Positions 47,371-59,809 of a stretch of DNA of 64,000 nucleotides are shown one piece after another; within the stretch, counting starts at the first letter, position 1, and each line of letters starts with the position of its first letter. The notes below the pieces were generated by a model. The model saw nothing but the letters and a program-made list of their open reading frames with translations. It searched no databases and was not told the DNA's origin. The stretch lies in contig NC_087437.1 in NCBI RefSeq assembly GCF_036321535.1, forward strand, positions 5,704,001-5,768,000, read 5' to 3'. Source of the DNA: Camelus dromedarius. Taxonomy: Eukaryota. The position numbers and the translations under genes were made by a program.

Positions 47371-50300
47371 GAGAGTAGGATCCCCATCGCACAGGAAGTA
47401 ACAGGCACAGCTCTGATCTGACACAGGTCCGTTGAGCTCCAAAGCCTTCACTGTTATTTTGCATATATATATATATGCAAAATATATATATATAGTTTGT
47501 TTTTTTTCTATTTGCATAATTTTTTAAAAAAGACATAGCTTAATGGGAGAGTAGGGATACACTCAGAACTGAGAAAGAATATTCTAGGGTATCTTTAGAA
47601 TTTACTTAATGTGTCTCCCTAGTTCTAGGAAACTGAAATCTAACTCATGTACTAGACCATGTTTTCTTCTGAACAAACCCGGGTCTTTAAGAAACCAGAG
47701 TTGAGAACCTCCTTCTCCAAGTAGCTAATAACCTACAAGCTTCACTTCTGCTGTTTTGAGGTGCTGGGCCCTTGGAGCTGGTGCCGTCCGCCTGAGTGGA
47801 CGAGCGAAAACCTGAACTGGCTCCAGGGACCGTTAGGTGTCCCCTGGGATCAGTCTTTGTGCAAAATGAAAACTGTCATTCGTTTCTCCCTCTGTTTTCA
47901 TAAGTATCATACGGACACCTTGCCTCATAGACAGCCCGCCCGGTGGCTTCGTGTTCCCACTGAATGACTTGGTTTTGAAATATTTGATTTGGATCTGAAT
48001 TGGTGGAAATATTTTGTCAGTTTTTAAAAAAAAATCCTTAAAGTGTTTTAAAATTGTATCACTGTTGTGATTGATCTTTAACTGTAGAAGCAAAAAACAG
48101 ACATGGAAGGACGGCCCTGTGTAGGTAAAAGGCTGAAGTTTAGTCCTGTTGTGTCTGGACTTCAGCTCCCTCATCAAACCAAACCTAAAAACGCATCTAG
48201 TGTGATAAAATTGAAGGTCTGTCTGGTATCTTTTAGAAAATCTTACTCGGCAGCGGGTTAGCATTTGTAGGGTGGTTCTACTCCTGGGCACTTTGTTCCA
48301 CGGATCCGAGTCTGTCTCCCCCTGAATCAGCTTGTGAGTTGTATCCGTTTGCTCTGCCGCTTTTCTTCGAAGGGAACTGAGACCCATCCCGTGGTGCGAG
48401 GTGATGAGCAGTGTTGCTCAAAAAGCCAAAAATAGCCTTGGGCCCCTGACTGAGAGCAGGTGCTCTCCACCCAGTTACTCTGCTGGCTTTGCTCTAACAA
48501 ATACTAAGACACAACCCTGGAAAGCTCAACCACGGGGAACCTTAGTGAGGTCTATAAAAGTGACTCCCTCACCAGAGCAAATGAGCCACCCAGACAAACA
48601 GAACCCTTCTTGAGACGCTGGTGTGGGAGGTCGGGCCCCTCCTGCCTGCTGACCGTATCCTCAGAGTCCCCCACACCTGTGCCATCATTTCTGACGCGTA
48701 TGCCATTTTTTATGAGAAATTGTTTTAATTCTGAGTTGTGGAGAAAGTAGTCAGAAAATTAAGGTGACTGTAACACAGATCTTAATATAGTCTTTAAAGT
48801 TTTCGTGAGGCTAATAAAGTGTGTTTTGTATATGGAGAAATAGGTATTAGCAGCGAGGGGAGGAATTAGGGAGAAGTATATTAACTGAACTTAATTTTCT
48901 TAAACACTAATATTGTCTAAAAGAAAGAAGAATTTTCAAAAAACACATTTCTTAAGTGTACCCATCATTAAGATTAGTATGTTGAATTTAATTGTGAGCA
49001 TCTTAATTAAAATATTAATGTCTTTACATGATACATTTGAATTTTCAAGTTTTTTCCCCTCTTAGTGGTCTAGTTTTACCAGATTAAAATATGTGGGTAT
49101 CTTTTTTTTTAAATAGAATTTGATAAATCTTAGTCTTCATGAAATTCACAATAGTAGAAAGGAATGATTAAAAATTCTTGCAACGTTTGTTAGAGAGTCT
49201 TCTTCCTATTACAGGATTAAGAGGATATGTTTAAAGATGTAAAATTGAATTCATAGAACACCCCTTAAAATTGTAAAATAATACTTTAAATTTAGAGGAA
49301 CAAATATTTCATCTGTTTATAAAAATTGTATTAGTGGATGTTAGAATTAAAACATATCTCTTATAATGTGGTAAAGAAAAAATAACATAAACCTAACAAT
49401 GTGTAATACTAGTGAACATTCTTTTTCCCTATGAGAAATTTGATTTGATTCAAGGCCTGCAGGTTACTTAAGACTTCATTGAAATTGGCATGTTTATTCT
49501 CAGCCTTAGTTTGTTTATTTTCAAAGTGAGAGTTCTGAGTAAGAATGTTCACACATTCGCTTTATGCTAATAGTTAGCCAAAACCTGACATGGAGAAAGT
49601 CAGCATATACTTGCTGTTAGGATCGCTGAAATTTTCCAGGGAGTATTTCATGTTCGAGTTTTCCGTGCTCTGCAGTTCATGGGTTTTCAAGGCATTGGAA
49701 CTCTGGGAAGCTGATTATTCCTGAAAAGGTAAATCTGACACTATTTGGGCCAAGCCAGGCTTGCCGTAGGGGAGAGGACGGTGCTCCTTCTCTGCCCACC
49801 CCTCTCCCAGCCCCAGGTTTGTGGGCGGCGGGGGTTGAGGGCAGAGATGGAGGTGAGGGGGAAGAAAGATTGGAGAGTAAAGGCAGGACACCCACCCAGC
49901 TTCCACTCAAAAGCCCGGGATGGAACAAAATCGTGCAGAAAACCTAGGCTTAACTTGCTCAGCCCTCAGAAAAGTGATTCACCAACATCTCAAATAGTCT
50001 GCTAAGGCGCCTATGGTTTTTAATTAATTAAATCAAAGCAGGCTTCTTACTAAGGCCCTCTAATTTTGAAAAGCATTCCATATTTTGATTGGACTGAAGA
50101 ATTTGTTGTTGTTTTGTCTCATTTTGCTGTTTTGCAGATTATAGCCCACTTTAGTACCACAGCACTGGGATGGGCAGAGTTGACTCCTTAAAACCTGCCG
50201 AACTAGGGAACAGATACATTTGAGGAAGAATGGGGAATATGGACTGTAAGATTATTCAGCTTTTTAAAACAAGGAATAACCAAATATTCTGCTTTTCAAC

Positions 50301-51369
50301 CAGTTGTTTCTCACAAGTTTTCATCAAGAAAATAGCATATCCCTTTTTGTGTGGTAGGTTTTGCTGGTTTCTGTACTGAACTCATTTTCCATCTACTGAA
50401 CGTATCACTCCTGGAGGCACTGAAGGAAGGAAAATGGTCTGTAAGGTGGAGAGATGGTCAGGAGGGATGTAGTCGCTCCTGGAACTATTTCCCATGAGAA
50501 AAATACATTCTGCAGATTGGCATTCAGTTTTGTTATTGCCAAGTCTCCAGGAATAATTTCCCACCAGGAGCATTCAGTGTGTTAAAGAGAAAAGCCTAGA
50601 AGAAGAAAATACCATCCATGTGAAGAGCCAGTGGTGCTGTGGCATCCTGTGAGTGGGCGTCATAGAACTCTGTCATCTGCTTATTAAGAGCAAACACCCA
50701 AATGGTTGATGACGACCGTTTGGAATTATTTTGACCCAAATTACCTCACGAGACTTAAAACCTAAGTGTACTGTTGGCAGGAATTTTGAAGGATGAAAGG
50801 TAGAGATCGCTGAAATACTTTGTTTCCCCTCTTTGGTTTTCCGGTCTTACAGTAAAGGGTGTCTTGGGCGCTCTTCTCTCTTGTGGGCAGGGGGGGGGTA
50901 GCCCCGTGTCATCGGGACCTCGGGGGCGAAGTTGCACCCCTGGGGTCCTGCGTCTCCCCTCCTCCCCTCGCCGGTGCTCTTTGTCTTGGGAGACCCTGGA
51001 GATGCATGTACTTTCCTTGGGAGGTTGCCTGGCAGCGCCTGGAGAACGAGATAGCTGTGCTGGGTAGGGCTGTAAAAGGCCCTTCCTTCCCCGGCCCCGC
51101 CTTTCCCTGGTACTTAGCCCTTTGCTGTCCTTCGCCGTCTGGGTGTGCAGAGTACGGCCCCGTTTCGTTACGAACACGCATCCTCTGTGCGCCGGTGCAC
51201 TGATCTGCCTCTGAGTTGGGTCAGGTCTGAAGGGCCTTTGCGACCCGGTCCATCCGGCTCCCTAGCTACCAAGTGTAAGAGTTAGTCTGATCACCAGACT
51301 TGGCAGTAATGTAGAGTTTTCAGGGTTTTTTTTTTTTTTAGTTTTCTGTTTCTTGGCCAAAACACGCCC

Positions 51370-51885
51370 TTCCGGTTCCTGCAGCTGTGTAACAAGCCAC
51401 CTTAAACCCCGCGGCATGAACAGTCACCTTTTTATTGATCACGGATTCTTTGGGTCATTACATTGGGCAGGACACGTCGGGAGGGCTGGGTGACTCAAAC
51501 CACTGGCGCCAAGGCTGGAGGCTGCCCGGCCAGGACGGCCTCCTCCTCGTCAGATGTCGAGCCCCTTCGTGGGGTAACGGGCAGGCGGGGCTCGGCGGAC
51601 TGTCCACCGGAGTGCCTGCGTGATGGCCACAAGTGGCTGAATGTCCCCCAGGCCAAGCTCCCCCAAAGAACCAGGTGGAAGCTGTATGGTCTCCTCTGAC
51701 AGGGCCTCAGATGTCACACGGAGTCCCTTGTGCTGCATTCTCTTGGTTACAAGTGAACCATTGGCGGGCCCAGCTTCAGGCAGAGGGAATGAGACCCTCT
51801 TCTTGATGGGCAGGGGGTGGGTGTCAGGTTCACACCAAGCAGAGAGGGGAGCATGAGGGACATGGTGGCGGTCACCTGAAGGACT
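51370..51885 (-). mobile_element. MLT1-family MaLR LTR
   Basis: GCTGTGTAACAAGCCACC...AGAACCAGGTGGAAGCTGTATGGTC...CCTCAGATGTCACAC...GCATTCTCTTGGTTACAAGTGA. Confidence 0.7.
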
Positions 51886-53054
51886 CGTGCAGAGGGGAAC
51901 CTGCATCTGGACATTTCGATTCCATAATGCCACATCTCTCTTTTTGTATGTGAATCATTCCAGGGTCTCATCATTTAGTATTATATTGAAAAAATTCTGG
52001 TCAACTGCCTTTTCACCTATATGTGTTGCTAACAAACAGCTTTTGTGTGACTGCAGGGTCAGAGGAGGACCGTTCAGCTCAGCATTCATTCATGCCCTCC
52101 AGCTGAGAGACTGAAATAAGGCGACGAGGTTTTGCCAGGTTACCATTGTAAAGGAGGAGCTGATTGTCACCATGAACTTTACAGTCAACAAGGCTGTGGA
52201 GCCAGGAGGGTGGAGGGAGAGAAATGTTAAAACGGGCAATTTTTATGTATGCAAAATAACCTTTTTAGATGACATGTGAAAACTCCCCTGAACGCTGTCT
52301 GCTGGGCTCGTTCTAAACAGCCTGCCCCAGAGGGATACACGTTGGGCCTTTAGCAATAGCTTCGTGTCACCTTACCAGTGAGGTGATGAGGTGGAATGAT
52401 GTCCCACAGACACAGAATCATCATGACTTTGTGTTGGAGGAAAAAGACCGGGCTAACGGAGCAACCTGGCCGACGTACTGGAGCTGGCAGGGCCTCCGTT
52501 TTCCCATCTGGAAAGTGAGGGGTGGAGATCTCTTGTGAATTTATTGTTCTTGCACTAACATAGCACCGGAGAAAGGCAATTAGGTGGCAGCTCAGAGTTA
52601 ATATTAAATTGAGGTACAAGGGTCAATCCGACAAGTTTCGCAAAGTTATTGAATCCTTATCGCTTGACTTTTGGCAACATCTATAAACTTGTATTGACTT
52701 AAGCAGAAAAGTTACACAGAAATACCGTGGGGAAACTCGGGACTGTCAGTTGTTCAAAAAGATGCGGACATCGTTCTTACCTTTGAGCGTTTAGAAATTA
52801 TAATAAATTAGATGTGAAATATTTTGGTTCAGATGTTGAGTTTTGTACCTTTGAACCCCAAACCTGAATTCACTCCTCTGGAGCCAGAATTTCGATTCCT
52901 AAATAACCGTTTGATAGGAGAGAGTGCAGTGGGGCTTCCAGGGCTTGCCTGGTCCTCCTGGGCTCTGACCGTGCCTTTGGAGAAGGACTTGTCACTGCTT
53001 TGACGTCTCGGGCCTGCATTATTTTTGTACTGTTCGGTTGTAAGATTTTAGGAA

Positions 53055-53630
53055 TTTGTCCCTTTTGCCTAAGTTTTCAAATTAGTTGACATAGTATTTA
53101 TCATATTCTCATACCTTTTGACAATCCCCTGCGTCCGTAGTTACGTCTTTCTCTTCATTACTAGTATTGTTTATTTGTTTTTTTCCTTGATCCAGCTTAC
53201 CTGTGATTTATCAGTTTAATAATTTTTTTCGACTGCACATACACATGATATTGCATGTAAATACACACATACAGTATACTGCACTTTTTTTAGCTTACAT
53301 ATGTGTACTAATTATTGTTTCTAAGAACAGATTAGATCTTTATCTTTTTAAACTTACATAGTTGTCAAAGGAATAAAGCCAACCACAAAATAAGAATCAA
53401 CAGAATGAAGTCATCCAATCATGCAAATAATTTTCTTTTAAAAACCAGCTTGGGGCTTTGTCGACCTTCCCTATTGCTCTGTTGTATCCCTTCCCTGTTT
53501 CATTCATTTCTGCTTTTCTCTTTTGCCTTTCTCCTTATTATTTCTTTCCTTTTTCTTTCATCGGGTTTATCCTTTTGGCTATTTTTCTGGGTATTTTAAG
53601 CCATATGTTTGTCTCTTCAATGTTTCACCT
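53055..53630 (-). mobile_element. Ancient L1 ORF2 fragment (host of the 53227 insert)
   Basis: TTTTCCTTGATCCAGCTTACCTGTGATTTATCAGTTT...TTTTAAAAACCAGCTTGGGGCTTTG; reads continuously across the insert. Confidence 0.6.
53227..53425 (-). mobile_element. Short retroposed copy of the 3' tail of the L1 at 59947
   Basis: Aligns by eye to about 59985-60183 (GTACTAATTATTGTTTCTAAGAACAGATTAG, AAAGGAATAAAGCCAAC, AAAATAAGAATCAACAGAATG). TSD AATAATTTT at 53218-53226 and 53426-53434. Confidence 0.85.
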
Positions 53631-56600
53631 CCCTTTAGGTTACCGATTCTGTGGCCCGTCCGGTGGGGTTTCATGGCTGACGGCTGTGGGAGTCAGGCTG
53701 GGTGGGTGCTGTCTTCCTGGAAGGGCTCCCCTCAGAGTAAGGAGGACGCACGCCAGGTAGCAGCTCTTAAGTCTTCATTCCTGGGAACCCTCATTGCAAA
53801 GACCCTGTGACCATGGACTCCAGAATGGTATTTTCTGGACACTGTGGTGTGAAAATTAGCAAAGCAACAGAAAGTTCATTCAGGCAAATTATAAAATAAC
53901 TCACACCCCCGTGTATAGCCTCTGTCTAAAAGCTTCATTTCCTGAATATGCTGCTGCCAACCCAGCCTTTTTTCCTCACTGCTTTTGAGGCTCAAAACAA
54001 CAAAAACAACAAAAGATCAATGAGGCAAGGAGCCTGTGTGCTTTTAAACAAATTAAAAGAGCTCGTCCACAATGTTTTGTTAATGGTACTGTTTGTAGTT
54101 TCGTTCCTTTATTATCTGTAAAAAAAAAAAAAACAACTTCTGTGTTGTAGCAGAAACAAATAAAAATGGATTTGCTTCTCATTTAACCAGAGGCCACGCA
54201 GTTCCTCAAACACTATGAAGAAGTAGGAGGTGACTGTATTGATAACCGCTGTATTTCAACCACTACTAAATGAGAATACAGCACAACATTTTGAATATTC
54301 AGTCCTCATCCTCAAGGCATAATCTGTAAATGAGTTTTTGGTTATGCCACATTTATAGTTTTCTGTTGTCCTTGCCGTTTGGAAGAAATTTCGTGTGGTA
54401 ATTGCAATTAAAATGATCTCTCACCTTTAATTAAAGTTTGAATTAGGAATCTCACTCAGAAGAACAGAACAGATCAAAGCCATAAAAAAAAGTGATTAAC
54501 ATTTTGACTTAAAAGCATCTTTAAGTATTACATCTTTTATTTTATTTGTGGATCTAACCCGTATGTTAAATTTCTCTAAGGGCAGTGGGTCAGGTTCTCT
54601 GCTTTTTAGGTATGTGTTCATAGCAACAGATACCTGCTACCTGGTCAGTAGAGAGATGCTAGTCTGCTGTTTTACCCATATCTTATGAAAATGGACAATT
54701 CCAGAATAAATTTACCTTCGTAGAGAATCTCTCTTTAAAATAATTCGGCAGGGAGATTATGTTTTCCTGTTATATGTTTGACCATCTGTCTGTATCATGT
54801 AAGAACCCTTTGGGTAAAGTGACCCAGAGGTCAAGGGACTGATGTATTGGGAAGACGAGGTACCTGCTTAATGGAGAACTGTGGCCTGGTGACTGTCACA
54901 CCTGATGTTGGCAAGCTGATGACACATCTCTAAGTGAGCTCGCGAGCTGACAGCAATCTTTCGAGGGAAACAGCATCTGGATTTCCCTAAGAGGAGATCC
55001 CGTTTCACCATGCTTTCAGAATTCCTCAAAGGCCGGATGGGGACGTAGACGAGGAAAGCAGGAGACACCCTGCCACCTGCATTTTAGACAAAGGTGAAGT
55101 CAAATACTGACGACTTTGGAAGAACAAGGCTCCAAACTCCCGGAATACCACTGTTCATTTTTGCGTACAAGTGCAGAAAATGTTTTCTGAGGACAGGTGT
55201 ACGTGGTTTTAGCACAGTCTTTACCACGGCCTCTGCCTATTAATCAGGCAATTACGAAGAAAGAATTTAATGAAGAGTCCGAACAGACCTACTGTCTATT
55301 TAAATAAGGGCACAGGAAATCTTAAGATATTAGTATCTGAATTAATATCTATGTGGAAGAATTTCCTCCAAGAAACTGGTAGCTGTGGGAAAAAAGTTGA
55401 AGATGCTTTGATTTGAGTACGTTGCTTAAGTTAACACATATTTTTAACAGGAGAACAAAAGAGAGAATTGCGCGCAGCTATTTGTAAAGAATGTGATGCA
55501 ACAAAAGCTATTTTGAATCTGTGGCAAGGTGGGGGAAAATTTGTGCTTTTTCATAGTCAATGAACTTTTAAAATTAATTTCTGCGAAGTAGAATCTTAAC
55601 TACTGGAAGAGTTTGGCTGTGCGGTTTTGGTTATGTTAAAACGTATTCAAGCAGAATTTTAGTGTTTGGAATTCAGCACTGCGATTTCGAGTTTGGAATA
55701 GAAATGCTAAGTCAGAACCTATTTTAAGCATGTAACACCCCTCAAAACTTTAAAACAACCGTGAGATTTAAAGATGGTCTAGAAATGGTAACTTGAAAGA
55801 TTTGAAGTCTCTCATACTTTTCTGACTGGATGGAACTTTCTTTGCTAATGTCTTCTCTCTCTTAACTCTCACAAAAGGTTGCTGTCTTTGTCAAAAAAAG
55901 TCATTCCTAAGATCTTGTAATTCCACCAAATATAGTTGTGGTTGGGGCCACGTTTGGGAAGTTAATCTTCCTGTGCTTGTATTTGTTAATAGTACAATGT
56001 GTTGAACAGAGAGCTTAGAAAGTGTGGTGCTATTGGAATCTCTCCCGCGGGTATATTTCTCTCAATAGAAAATTCACAATTGGCACAGGCTATGGAATGA
56101 TACATTCCATGTTTGGACGGGGACAGAATCCTTTCTTAGCCCACAGTAATTAAAATGAAAATAGTATGTTTCAGGGGAAAATAATCTTTTAGAGGCAGCT
56201 AAGTATGCTACCTCAGAAAGGAGTAATCAGAGTCCAGGGTTTAATTAATGACAGTCTCTCCCTTTCCCCTCCCCCCCTCCCCCATCAAGGCATCCATTAG
56301 TTAATACTTTGGACAAAGAGAAAGCGTCTGGAGGCCAAGGTTTCATATGGAACCCTGATCTCCCTATTGATACCTGCTGAAAAAGTAGAAAAGGGTTGAT
56401 TGGAGAAGACAGTAACCCTTCTATAATAAATACGTAAAATATCACAACCTCTTTCTAGGAGTAAGTTTCAGAGATTGCTACCTGTTAATATTACAAGTGC
56501 TCAAAAGACGCTCACCTCTCACCCTGCTCCTCCAGCTAGTGGTTGGGATATGGTTTGTGTTGGACTCCCCAAGCAGCCACGGGGGCTCAGACCCCTGCAG

Positions 56601-57039
56601 CCTGGTGGGGGGCGTCTCAGCCCTTGTCAGAGGGAGAAGACAGCCCTCAATCATCACGGGGGACTCAGCAGTGGGCAGGGCCCAGCAGGGGGTCTGCGGG
56701 AGTCCTCGGGCAGTCCGGCTCTGAGGGGTGGGGCGGGCCCTGGCCTTAGCAGGTCGCAGCTACGAAAGGGCCAGGAGTGCAGAGACCGGGGGCCTGAAGG
56801 CCGGTAGGAGAGGCTGGGCTGTGGGGATGCAGGCCCGGATTTCTGTCTGCTGCTTCCTCTGATCACCTGGGGAGGTCTTTGGCCTGGGTGCTGTGACATC
56901 TCCCAAGCCACTCCCCTCTTCTGTCAAAGCCTCCCTCTTCCTGAGTCAGACACACCCGGGGCATAGGGCTTGATTCAGTGGTGTCACACGACTGCTTCTG
57001 TTAGCTTTGCCCTTAAGTAAACATCAGTTCTTCCTTTTC

Positions 57040-58445
57040 ATCACACTGGGGGGTGTTGGCCATTGTTTCTTCAGCCATTCCTTCTGTCCTTCTTCCCTTT
57101 CCTCTTGTCCCGGGATTCTCACTGTGCGCACGTTGTGTGACTGGTGGTGACCCAGCGTCTCTTAGTCTCCGTTCAGTTTTCTGCACTTTTATTTCCTCCC
57201 GCCCTTCAGACTGGACCGTATCAGTTGACCTGGTGTCAGCTTTGCTGATTCTTCCACCTGCTTGAATGTGCTAGTGAGCCCCTCTCGTGGGAATTCCGTT
57301 TCCATGACAGTGCTTTGGAATCCAGAATTTCATTTTGGCTCCTTGAAAAAAAAGATTTCTATCTATTTAGTGATCATCTCTATTTGATGAGTCACCACTC
57401 TCATGATTTCCTTTGGTTCTTTGTACAGAGTTCCCTTTAGCTCTTAGAGTGTATTTAAAATCACAGATTTAAAGTCTTTATCTAGTAAGTCCAATGTGAG
57501 GCCTCCACAGGGACAGTGTCTATTAATTGCCTTCTCCCCCTCATATATGGGCCATACCTTCTTGTTTCTTTACATGCTGTATAATTTTTTGTTGTTGAGA
57601 TTTTAAACACTATAATGTGGCAATTCTGGAAATCAGCTTCCACTCCCCAGGGTTGTGGCTTTAGTGGCTTTTTTTGTACTAATTTCATAAAGTCTGTATT
57701 CTTTGTCGTGTGTAGACACTGCTATCTTTATTTTATTAGCTGGTGATGAGACAGACGTGTGCAGCTCTGCTGTAGCCCTCACTTCCTTCTTGCACGGAAC
57801 CTGCATGTTGCTCAGAGGTGAGAGTTTTGGGCTCTTCCAGGGCTTTCTCCATGTACTTAGCGCTTCAGCTTCCCAGGAGTGTGTCTGATCTTTTCGAAGT
57901 CCTTATGTGCCATAGCATCTCATCTCTCGGCCTTGATTAGCGTGTTATTTGCCTCAACTGTTACCCATCGCCCCCAGGCAGCAGCAACTGATATACTTGC
58001 ATTGAAGTGTTTCTGACCAAAGCCCCAGGGAGCCCACCTCAACACTGGAAGAGTTTCAGATTAGGAGAGATTAAGCCAAGCCCTTTGAGCTGAGCCAAGC
58101 AACCAGATCAGAACAAACAACCACAAGTCTTTCCGAAGAAGCTTTGTTCTGCTGCTTCTGGTGATGGTGTCTGGACCGGGAACGTGGGCTGTTGTCTTCA
58201 GGGTGCCCCCCACCCCCTGACCCTGAGCTGGGGGTGGAGGATGGGACCAAGGCAAGTTATAATGCCACAAAGCTGACTGTTCTACTGAGTCTCCACTGCT
58301 TTTTATTGATTTAAGTGTTCCCTCGGTTTCTTTTGGTTGCTTCCACAGTTCCAGAAATGTCGATTTAGACAGTTTTGCCAGTTTCCTTGGTGCTTCTGTG
58401 GAGGAACAGACTTTGGGAGCTTCCTGCTCTACTATTTTCACGAAT
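57040..58445 (-). mobile_element. Ancient L1 5'UTR/ORF1 region (L1M4/MC/MD-like)
   Basis: TTGGCCATTGTTTCTTCAG...CTTCAGACTGG...GATTTAAAGTCTTTATCTAGTAAGTCCAATG. The right end reverse-complements to AAAATAGTAGAGCAGGAAGCTCCC, resembling an L1 5' start. Confidence 0.7.
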
Positions 58446-58849
58446 GTCACTTACCATCTGACTTTGGTTTTATGGGCGTCTGTGAACTTCAAACTGTAGC
58501 TGTTTAATTTAGCATCCAACTTGCAACCTTTCTTGATGAATCTTTTTCATTGAAATAAGTGAATGGATATACTCTTTGCTGCTTTTATATTCAATATGTC
58601 AAAGTTTGCTTTTCTTAATACTATACTTTCTGGAACCCTCTAGAGTCTGTAAGCATATCCAGATCAAGTTGGTTTTCCCAAGTTAGAGTAATAAAAATTT
58701 CAAGTCTAATACCTTATTTTAATAAAATAGGACTCCCTTGCATGAAGGTGAATAAGATAAGTCTTGGAGAATCCCATCAGTTTCTATAAGATTCAGCTTT
58801 CCTAGAATTTACCTGCCTTCTAAATCGCTAGTGTTCATCGCACACTTTC

Positions 58850-59015
58850 ATGTGTGTATTTTACTGTTTGATGGCTGACAGTCTTGCCCAGTGGTCCAAG
58901 AACCCTCTAGTGCAGAGACAGTCTCTGGTTTTATTCACCTTGGTTCCCTCAGCTCGGGCATGGTGCCCAGCACACAACAGGTGCTCAAGAAACATTTGTA
59001 GAACAAATGAACAAA
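58850..59015 (+). mobile_element. L2 3' end
   Basis: TTTTATTCACC...GGTGCCCAGCACACAACAGGTGCTCAAGAAACATTTGTAGAACAAATGAA. Confidence 0.75.
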
Positions 59016-59809
59016 CACAGAAGCTGTTGGATGAAGACTCTGGAGCGCAGATCTGTACTCACTGAATTATCTAGACCTTAGTTAAGTGAAATAATGCAGT
59101 TACAGCAGAGTTTCCGGGGTCTCAGCCTTAGTTTTTGTGGCTTACTCCGAAAGTACTAAAAACCGCATTCTTTAGAACCCGTCTCGTTTACTCGCTTCCA
59201 GTCGGACCTGTCAGGATGAGTTTTTTATTTTTTCCCTCGTATTTAAATGAATACAAATGATCTTAGGTCATTTAACGTCTTTAACAAAAAGAGTGAAATG
59301 TAAGAAGTCTAGGATGTGAACGTTCTAGGCGCTGGAGCTGTCAGTATGAGCAAGCTGTCTTTTCCACAACCTACAGGCAACCTCTGACTGTCTGTGCCAG
59401 TTCAGGGTCATTGGCACAAAAACGGGGACAGTCGGTTTCCCCCTCAGCTCTGTAAGGGGCTCTGCTGTTTCCAGCGTGGGGTGGAGGCTGGTGTATGACC
59501 AGCGTTGCTGAGTGTAAGTCAGTGACTGGGAGGAACTGGGCTACTAGATATTGGAGATACCTCTAGGTCAGAATTTCAGATTTTATTCGGCTATATTTCA
59601 TGTATATGGAATTTAAATCTACGGAATACAGGGTTTTTTGTTTTTTTTTTTAATGTGAATGACCTAAGTCATCACAGTTAATCAACATGTCCACTTAAAA
59701 TTCCAAATTCCATTGGCACACATATTTATGTTAGCCAATTCAAGTTATAAACATGAGCTTTATGGCTCGTTTTGTTTATTAGAGTTATCCAATGTGCTTT
59801 TTTGTTGTT

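Noticed and set aside
50138..50245. 108-nt cassette-exon candidate (strong acceptor at 50137)
   Set aside because: In-frame TAA in phase 0 and a modest donor. Such pseudo-exons are common in long introns; the strong acceptor at 43920 is rejected for similar reasons.
56520..56960. Possible old LTR fragment
   Set aside because: GC-shifted and too degenerate to assign by eye.
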